A stretch of DNA of 35,981 nt from Candidatus Iainarchaeum sp. Its GTDB lineage: Archaea; B1Sed10-29; WALL01. The stretch spans positions 1 to 35,981 of the forward strand of contig JAGGYF010000038.1 of the NCBI GenBank assembly GCA_021162685.1, read 5' to 3'. The notes under the pieces are model-generated. The model did not search any database, had not been told where the DNA came from, and saw only the letters and a program-made list of their open reading frames with translations. This document shows, piece after piece, positions 29,554-35,981 of the stretch. The translations under genes and the position numbers were made by a program. Each line of letters opens with the position of its first letter. The stretch's first letter is position 1.

Positions 29554-29569
29554 GTTTATCCGGATAAAC
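29554..29569. promoter_or_regulatory. Perfect 16-bp palindrome, candidate operator
   Basis: GTTTATCCGGATAAAC between the divergent lrp-gatCAB and tRNA promoters. Confidence 0.55.
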
Positions 29570-29626
29570 TCCAATTTTTATGACAAAAATTTTAAAAATA
29601 TGTACATATATAATAAATAAGTCAAT

Positions 29627-29698
29627 GGCCCGGTGGTTTAATTGGCATAATGCCGGACTGTTAATCCGGTGATGGTGGTTCGAATCCACCCCGGGCCG
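29627..29698 (+). tRNA. tRNA-Asn(GTT)
   Basis: Acceptor GGCCCGG/CCGGGCC, anticodon arm CCGGA-CTGTTAA-TCCGG, T-loop TTCGAAT, discriminator G; no intron, CCA not encoded. Confidence 0.96.
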
Positions 29699-29703
29699 TT
29701 GGA

Positions 29704-29744
29704 GGGAGTGGCACCCAGGGTGGGAGCTACTTGGGTGCTCCCAC
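29704..29744. other. GC-rich hairpin element between convergent tRNA and phosphoesterase genes
   Basis: GCACCCAGG/CTTGGGTGC or alternatively GTGGGAGC/GCTCCCAC. Confidence 0.55.
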
Positions 29745-29745
29745 A

Positions 29746-30459
29746 TCATCTTACAAGTTCATAAACCTCTGGTAACTCAATACATCCCTCTTCATCTATA
29801 GCTAAGACATTTAAGTGGCCAATTCCTATGCGCTTCAAAACAGGACTCAATAAATCTTCTTTTCTGCATCTTGTTACATCAGTACCTGCTGCTAATGGGG
29901 AAAAAGCAGGCATCACAATTAGTTCATCATTGTAAAGGAAGCATGGCAATTTCAATGAAACACCAACATCATCCCTTAGTGTGACAGAGGGATGTTCATG
30001 CCCTATAATCTTTAACTTTTTTGTATGCAATGGCAGGAAATCCTTATGGCCGTGTGCTATTATCTTATCATCAATCTCTAAATAATCAACAAATTCAACT
30101 TTCTTATATTTTGACGTAACTGTCCTTAAGTAATTATCATGGTTTCCCCTTACCACAATGATCTTATCAAATCTTTCACTCAAATAATCAAAAAGCTTTC
30201 TTGTTTCTGTCCATTCCTGCGGATTGTTTTCACTAAACTCATGTTTTATATCGCCGTTTAGTATCATCATCTCTCTTTCTGGCAGCATTTCTAATTTCTC
30301 CATAATGATTTTGAACTGGTATTGAGGGACAAACAGACCAGAACCAACCATTGCCCTTTCATATCCTAGGTGTAAATCAGCAATTACTACAAATTCCTTA
30401 GATATCAACGCACCTGTGTTTGTTGCCAGTAACCCATTAATTTTTACGCTTTTTTTCAT
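29746..30459 (-). CDS. Lhr-associated metallophosphoesterase
   Basis: ADLHLG, NGDIKH, RGNHD, AHGH, GHEHP, MPAFSP. Confidence 0.93.
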   Translation of the reverse strand: MKKSVKINGLLATNTGALISKEFVVIADLHLGYERAMVGSGLFVPQYQFKIIMEKLEMLPEREMMILNGDIKHEFSENNPQEWTETRKLFDYLSERFDKIIVVRGNHDNYLRTVTSKYKKVEFVDYLEIDDKIIAHGHKDFLPLHTKKLKIIGHEHPSVTLRDDVGVSLKLPCFLYNDELIVMPAFSPLAAGTDVTRCRKEDLLSPVLKRIGIGHLNVLAIDEEGCIELPEVYELVR

Positions 30460-33032
30460 GTCTTTTCACCAATCTTTCTTAACACATACTCATGTAGATA
30501 CTGCAATAACTTCTTTTTATCTTGTATCCTCATAGTGTCTGATGCACCAGCGATAAGATTATGTGCAAATGGTGATGGCAATTCTCTGTCATTCCTCAGC
30601 ACAATAAATGTCTTCCTGTTCTTTATCCACTTCACAACCTTTATTGTATTTTCTAGGTCCATTGCATCCTCCAGAATCTCCCTATATGTCTCCTTTATTA
30701 TGGGGAAATTTGGATCTATCTTCTTTATTATATTGTATAAGAAATATGCACTCATCTGTTGTTTTCCCACGCTTCTTCTACCATCTATATATCTTCTCAA
30801 AATCAGAAACGAACGAGCAGCAACATGCCTAAACCTTCTCCTTAGTATCTCTGTCCCCTCAAGCGAATCCTTCAGTATAGAGATTATATCTGCTTCACAT
30901 AACCTCCGATATAATGTGCTGTAATCTACTTTTTTTCTTCTTGGCAGTGTAAGGACAAAGCCATTATCCGAGATAGTTATACCTATGTTTATGTTCTCCT
31001 CTTCTGATATAAGATATGCGAATATACGCGATAGTGCATCATTTACCTTTCTTCCAAATAATGTATGAAAGATTAGATTTTTTCTTCCATCAACATCTAT
31101 AAACTCTTCAATAATTATGTGCGTATGTGTAGGTATTCTCAAATACTTCTTCTGTTGCATAAAATAGGAGAATATCGCATTTGCTGTTGTCTTGTTTATC
31201 ATAAACTCCTTCTGTAGCGCTTCAATAATTTTATTTTTACTTTCTTTTGATAAAACTTCATCCATCCGTTTTCTGAATTTGTTTATCTCCATTGCGAGGT
31301 CAAACGACAAGGGCAAACTTTCTGAATACCATGATGGAACAGTAGGTCGCTTTCCAATTGCGCTTTCCACTGTAAGTTTCATCCCTCTCACATATAGATA
31401 TCTATATGGCGTACCCCCCAATACAAATATATCCCCGCGTTTCATTCTTTGCATAAATGTCTCATCAAGTGTTCCAACAAATTGCCCTTTTTTTGTGAAT
31501 ACTTTTATTGCTGTTTCATCTGGAATTGTCCCAATGTTCATATAATATATCGGCCTGATCATCCTTCCTCTCTTGGATATCCTCAACCCATCAAAGTATA
31601 TCTTTCCATACACTTTTCTATTCTGCAATTCCCCATATTCTCCATTTAGATATTTTAGCAGGTTTAGATAATCATCATAGTTCAAGTCTTTGTAGGGATA
31701 CGCCTTGGTAATTACTCCAAACATCTCCCCTACATCCCAATCCTTTTCCAGGCTCATCCCAACTATGTGCTGGGCTAAAACATCCAAACAGTTTTTAGGT
31801 ATGTGAACCCTGTCCAATTTTCCATCTCTTGCGGCTTTTGCCAATACAACACATTCTATAAGGTCATCTCTATCTGTGACTACAAATACCCCCTTAGAGG
31901 TTTCATGTAGCCTGTGCCCACTCCTTCCAACCCTCTGCAATGCCCTGGTTATACTTTTTGGAGACCCCAGCAAGATAACAAGGTCAATGTTTCCTATATC
32001 TATGCCAAGTTCAAGAGAGGTACTTGAAACAACAACCTTTAACTCACCCTTTTTCAACTGTTCTTCGACATTTAATCTGATATCCTTGCCCAATGAAGAA
32101 TGATGTGTCCCTATGACTCCAACATATTTGTTTCCAAACATCTTCTTCAAATGATGCACAACCCTTTCCGTTCCGCTCCTCGTATTTGTGAAGATGAGTG
32201 TTGTCTTATGTTTTGATATAAGGTCATCAAGTAATTTGTAAAGGTTTATTTGTGTTTCTTCAACACTGCTATAAATAAAGTCATCAACCGGACTTACAAC
32301 ACTTAGTTCAATCTTTTTCAGGAAATTTACGTCAACAATTGCGCAGTCCCTGTGTGTACCAACCAAAAATTGTGCCACTTCCTCCAATGGGTGAATTGTC
32401 GCGCTTAGTCCGATACGTATGAACTCTTTCTTCACCCTATTTTGTAACCTTTCCAGCGATAGCATGAGGTGTGTTCCCCTCTTATTTTCACAAAGAGAGT
32501 GAATCTCATCAACAATAACATACTTGATATTCTCTAACATCTTTACTGCCCTTGGGGAGTTAAGGAGTATTGCCAGACTTTCAGGTGTTGTGATCAGGAT
32601 ATGTGGCGGTTTTCTCAACATACTGGAACGTTGCGACTGGGTTGTATCTCCTGTTCTCACTGCAACCCTTATCTTCTGCTTAAGGTTTGCAATTTTTTCT
32701 ATTCCCCTTAGTGGCGCGTCTAAATTTCTTTTTATGTCATTATTCAATGCCTTTAACGGAGAAACATACAACACATATGTTCTGTCCTCAAGTGCATTTT
32801 TTTGTGCAAGCAAAACCAGTTCATTTATTGATGCTAAAAAAGCGCTCAATGTTTTACCTGAGCCAGTTGGGCTTGATATTAATATATTCTTTCCTTTATG
32901 TATCTCCATAACTGCATATTTCTGTGGAGGTGTAAAACCGCCAAACGTTTCCTTAAACCACTTTCTAACAGGCTTTGCCAATATTGAATAGACTTCTTCA
33001 TCAGGATACTCATGAGTAAGCTTAGTAATCAT
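30456..33032 (-). CDS. lhr: ATP-dependent helicase Lhr (core)
   Basis: SPTGSGKT, DEIH, LSAT, SLELGIDIG, QRVGRSGH, IGTIPD, VPSW. Confidence 0.95.
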   Translation of the reverse strand: MITKLTHEYPDEEVYSILAKPVRKWFKETFGGFTPPQKYAVMEIHKGKNILISSPTGSGKTLSAFLASINELVLLAQKNALEDRTYVLYVSPLKALNNDIKRNLDAPLRGIEKIANLKQKIRVAVRTGDTTQSQRSSMLRKPPHILITTPESLAILLNSPRAVKMLENIKYVIVDEIHSLCENKRGTHLMLSLERLQNRVKKEFIRIGLSATIHPLEEVAQFLVGTHRDCAIVDVNFLKKIELSVVSPVDDFIYSSVEETQINLYKLLDDLISKHKTTLIFTNTRSGTERVVHHLKKMFGNKYVGVIGTHHSSLGKDIRLNVEEQLKKGELKVVVSSTSLELGIDIGNIDLVILLGSPKSITRALQRVGRSGHRLHETSKGVFVVTDRDDLIECVVLAKAARDGKLDRVHIPKNCLDVLAQHIVGMSLEKDWDVGEMFGVITKAYPYKDLNYDDYLNLLKYLNGEYGELQNRKVYGKIYFDGLRISKRGRMIRPIYYMNIGTIPDETAIKVFTKKGQFVGTLDETFMQRMKRGDIFVLGGTPYRYLYVRGMKLTVESAIGKRPTVPSWYSESLPLSFDLAMEINKFRKRMDEVLSKESKNKIIEALQKEFMINKTTANAIFSYFMQQKKYLRIPTHTHIIIEEFIDVDGRKNLIFHTLFGRKVNDALSRIFAYLISEEENINIGITISDNGFVLTLPRRKKVDYSTLYRRLCEADIISILKDSLEGTEILRRRFRHVAARSFLILRRYIDGRRSVGKQQMSAYFLYNIIKKIDPNFPIIKETYREILEDAMDLENTIKVVKWIKNRKTFIVLRNDRELPSPFAHNLIAGASDTMRIQDKKKLLQYLHEYVLRKIGEKT

Positions 33033-33107
33033 ATAATGAGATTATGCGTTTCTATCTTTAAATCAGTTACATACATATTTTTATACCTCAACTGATTATT
33101 TTTTTCC

Positions 33108-33578
33108 ATGCGTAGAAGAAGAGGAACAGACAAGATGACACTTGTGTTTATAATCTTAATCATCCTAATCATTGCTTTCATTGGCATACTGGTTTTGGCT
33201 TTGGGCTATATCGGCTATACCTCTCTCGTAAAGGAGAGACCCAAACCCCCAGATACTAGCATTATCTACAGAAACGAGTCAATATCGCCTATCATTATCC
33301 AACATACCTCTTCTGACCAATCAAGCCAGGAGCAACAGGAGCAGGACAACCAGCAAAACGAAACGAATGCATCTCAGGAAGAGCAAGAGGTTACCTACAA
33401 TGATTGTTCTTTCCCAGACAAGCCTCATGGCTCTAAAATTTGTGCTAGTTTAGATGCCACACACACGGAGGAGAAGTACATATGGGAATGCCAGAACGGT
33501 ACCTGGGTCCATGTGGAAACATGCTCATCAGCAGCAAATTGCATAGAATCAGGGGATACAGCAGAATGCCTAACTTGA
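33108..33578 (+). CDS. Membrane-anchored protein with Q/E linker and Cys-rich C-terminal module
   Basis: Basic N-terminus, one long TM helix, six Cys in the last ~60 aa. Confidence 0.7.
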   Translation: MRRRRGTDKMTLVFIILIILIIAFIGILVLALGYIGYTSLVKERPKPPDTSIIYRNESISPIIIQHTSSDQSSQEQQEQDNQQNETNASQEEQEVTYNDCSFPDKPHGSKICASLDATHTEEKYIWECQNGTWVHVETCSSAANCIESGDTAECLT

Positions 33579-34466
33579 AAAGTTCTCCCAACCTTTTGCA
33601 CTCACTTTCTTTCCTTTGTAATATACGCCCCTGCCTTTACTAACCTCTCCAATCTTGTACTTTCCATTGTATCCAGGTATTGTATAAACGATCTGGTAAT
33701 CCTCTCCAGAGTGCCATATGATATCATCAGCATTTAATCCATATCTTCTGCAATACCTGTACAACTTTGGGTCTACTGGAACCCTATCTATATCAATTCT
33801 TACTTTAGATTGCTTAGCCAACACATTCAACTCAAATCCTAAGCCATCTGAAATATCAATACCGGCATTTGCTTTTTCCATTAGTTTCTTACATAGTTTA
33901 ACATTCAGCTCGGGTTTGAGTTGGGGTTCTATAAACTCCTTTTTTCTTGGCAAACCCATAGTAAGTATTCTGTAACCTAATGCAGCGCTTCCTATATTTC
34001 CGGTCAGAACCACAGAGTCCCCAGGTTTTGCGTTGCTCCTCAGAAGCGGCTTATTCTTTATTTTTCCAATTGCAGTGCTTGCTACCACCAACTGTTTACT
34101 CTCTATGGTATCTCCACCCAAAAGATAGGCATTAAACTGTTTCAATTTCTTATCCATTGATTTGTATAATGAAATAACAAATGACTCATCGTAGTTTGAT
34201 GGTATCCCCACGCAAGTAAACATATATTGGGGCAATGCACCTTTTGCTAGCAAGTCTGACATGGTACTAACAACAACCTTGTGACCAATCGCATTCGGAT
34301 CAGTTGTTTGGAAATGATTTCCAACAACACTCATATCCACGGTTACTGCCATATTGCCAATAATTTCAGCATCTTCTTCATATTTTGTTAAAACATGCCG
34401 GTCTCTCCTCAGCATTTTCCTAAGTTTTGCAACTATTGCCCTTTCCCCAATGCCAGATAGACGCAT
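33570..34466 (-). CDS. thiL: Thiamine-monophosphate kinase
   Basis: GERAI, SDLLAKGA, GGDT, IDISDGL, GEDYQIV, GWENF. Confidence 0.93.
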   Translation of the reverse strand: MRLSGIGERAIVAKLRKMLRRDRHVLTKYEEDAEIIGNMAVTVDMSVVGNHFQTTDPNAIGHKVVVSTMSDLLAKGALPQYMFTCVGIPSNYDESFVISLYKSMDKKLKQFNAYLLGGDTIESKQLVVASTAIGKIKNKPLLRSNAKPGDSVVLTGNIGSAALGYRILTMGLPRKKEFIEPQLKPELNVKLCKKLMEKANAGIDISDGLGFELNVLAKQSKVRIDIDRVPVDPKLYRYCRRYGLNADDIIWHSGEDYQIVYTIPGYNGKYKIGEVSKGRGVYYKGKKVSAKGWENFSS

Positions 34467-34499
34467 GTGTTTTTTAACACATTTTTCATATATATAACT

Positions 34500-35132
34500 A
34501 TGGAAAAAAAGGAATGGCTCATAATCGTACTGCTCCTATCAAACTTTCTTATCCCTATAGCTCTTTATCAAGTTCTTCCAGAGAAAATACCTCTTCATTG
34601 GAATGCACAAAATTATGTTGATTCCATGGGACCCAAATACATGATCTTCCTTATTCCTCTCCTAACTGTACTGATATACTGCTTCTTATTCTATCTGCCA
34701 CATATATCAGTATACAAAAGAAACATCATGAGATTTTATGAAAACTTTGGTTTCACCATACGTTTTGCCTTTGTTCTCCTTATGACCTCTATCTTTTATG
34801 TAGTATTATTAGCTTCACTGGGATTTATCTTTGCAGTATCTCAAGCCGTCCTGTTGGTCTTAATCCCCTTCTTGTTCTATATCTCATATACTATCAGGTT
34901 TACAAAAAGAAATTTTTTCATAGGTATTAGGACACCGTGGACATTAGCTAGTGAAAAGGTATGGAAAAAAACACATCTACTCGGAAGCAAACTACTAATG
35001 CTCTCCTCATTGTTTCTGTTTATTGGTGTGTATGACTCTAATCTCATACTTGTCTCTCTTCTTCCATTAATCTTATCAATATTGTTCCTTGTTATCTATT
35101 CATTTGTATTATACAAAAGGGTGAGAAAATGA
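34500..35132 (+). CDS. SdpI family membrane protein (DUF1648 + SdpI)
   Basis: LPEKIPLHWN, NFFIGIRTPWTLASEKVWKKTH. Confidence 0.9.
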   Translation: MEKKEWLIIVLLLSNFLIPIALYQVLPEKIPLHWNAQNYVDSMGPKYMIFLIPLLTVLIYCFLFYLPHISVYKRNIMRFYENFGFTIRFAFVLLMTSIFYVVLLASLGFIFAVSQAVLLVLIPFLFYISYTIRFTKRNFFIGIRTPWTLASEKVWKKTHLLGSKLLMLSSLFLFIGVYDSNLILVSLLPLILSILFLVIYSFVLYKRVRK

Positions 35133-35662
35133 ATATACTTGATGAACTCAATCAAGCAGTTGAGATTATAAAGAAGACACCAGCATTTTGTAAACTAATT
35201 CCAGAGGTCGGAACAAACATAGCATACGCTAAACCAGACGCAAAAACAATAGATGATGTTGCAGCAATTCCTGGTAGAATAAGGGAAGCATTAGGCAAAC
35301 CCTCTACTGTTGAAAGCGCGCATTTTGGTGTTTCCTCCCATATGGCAAGAACCTGCTTAAAAGCCATCCAATTCGACCCAAATAAACGATGTTGTATGAA
35401 CATCAGATACTCTGAGGAAAACATAGAGCAATTGAGGGAACATGGATACTCTATCTTTTTCTTTGATCGCATGAATGAACCCGAAAACATAAAACAAAAG
35501 GAAGGAGCAAGCATTCCTTGGATTGTTGAACAAGCATATAAAGGGTTAGGATATATCCCGGATATCATCTATGATAAAGGGGCAGTGGGGAAAGAGCCAA
35601 TGATTAGGATATTTGCTGAGAATCCAAGAAAAGCGGTTGAGATTGCATTGAGTATTTTGTAA
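35129..35662 (+). CDS. thiN: Stand-alone ThiN-family thiamine-phosphate synthase domain
   Basis: LIPEVGTNIAY, VAAIPGRI, FGVSSHMAR, GAVGKEPMI. Confidence 0.88.
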   Translation: MNILDELNQAVEIIKKTPAFCKLIPEVGTNIAYAKPDAKTIDDVAAIPGRIREALGKPSTVESAHFGVSSHMARTCLKAIQFDPNKRCCMNIRYSEENIEQLREHGYSIFFFDRMNEPENIKQKEGASIPWIVEQAYKGLGYIPDIIYDKGAVGKEPMIRIFAENPRKAVEIALSIL

Positions 35663-35809
35663 GCTTTTTCGGGAAGGCTATTTAAATCTTTGTGGAGTTG
35701 CCAGCTCAGAGGTAAAAACGAAGGGTTAAAAACTAGTTTTCTTAGTTCTTGAGATATTCTTACTAGTTTATTTTTATTTTTTGTATACTCCTTTCTCTCA
35801 CCACGACTC

Positions 35810-35838
35810 GTTTAAATCGCACCAAGTAGTATGGAAAT
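35810..35838 (+). repeat. Single CRISPR-repeat-like sequence
   Basis: GTTTAAATCGCACCAAGTAGTATGGAAAT (29 nt) after a ~145-nt non-coding leader-like stretch; no second copy in window. Confidence 0.5.
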
Positions 35839-35864
35839 GGGCATATCTGGCTTTTTAAGGCATT

Positions 35865-35939
35865 GCTTTTCCGACCAATTTTGCCAAATTTTAGTCGCTT
35901 TTCCGACCAATTTTGCCAAATTTTAGTCGCTTTTCCGAC
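35865..35939. repeat. 32-bp tandem repeat, 2.3 copies
   Basis: GCTTTTCCGACCAATTTTGCCAAATTTTAGTC at 35865 and 35897, partial at 35929. Confidence 0.92.
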
Positions 35940-35981
35940 TAGAAGTTGTGGAACTGGAATCTACCTAGGCTGCTCATGTAC

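Noticed and set aside
29660-29698. tRNA-Asn as an integration site
   Set aside because: No duplicated tRNA 3' end or integrase seen; flanking genes are housekeeping.
29704-29748. SECIS or selenocysteine read-through of the phosphoesterase TGA
   Set aside because: Protein is already complete, no archaeal SECIS GAA/A motif is evident, and read-through runs antisense into the tRNA.
29465-29749. 94-aa minus-strand ORF
   Set aside because: Antisense to tRNA-Asn and promoter DNA.
35865-35939. 32-bp repeats as a CRISPR array
   Set aside because: Copies are head-to-tail with no spacers.

Overview
Gene-dense, AT-rich archaeal chromosome segment with TATA/BRE promoters, many leaderless genes and archaeal-type RibC, RbkR, PPS, FEN1, Lhr and cupin GPI. 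The compact proteins suggest a DPANN-like, probably thermophilic lineage; this is inference, not proven. Housekeeping content: ftsZ, split formiminotransferase/cyclodeaminase, rbkR-ribC-ribH-ribB-pps-coaBC, fen1, nth, ThiI/ThiF-like genes, a Tes-like radical SAM enzyme plus ferredoxin, an Lrp-gatCAB operon divergent from tRNA-Asn, lhr plus metallophosphoesterase, thiL and thiN. Most notable observations: (1) a tandem pair of tiny protamine/H1-like genes sharing a KRRTRRR end, one absent from the ORF track; (2) a solo hicBA operon inserted at the pps/coaBC junction with an exact 18-bp duplication and an internally deleted toxin; (3) a structured 5' leader that sequesters an RBS and start codon (riboswitch-like); (4) a lone CRISPR-like repeat behind a leader-like region; (5) candidate RbkR and Lrp operators; (6) a surface protein with modules inserted inside Ig-like domains; (7) several genes broken by apparent internal deletions, which could be biology or assembly artefact. 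All calls are by eye; no searches were run.
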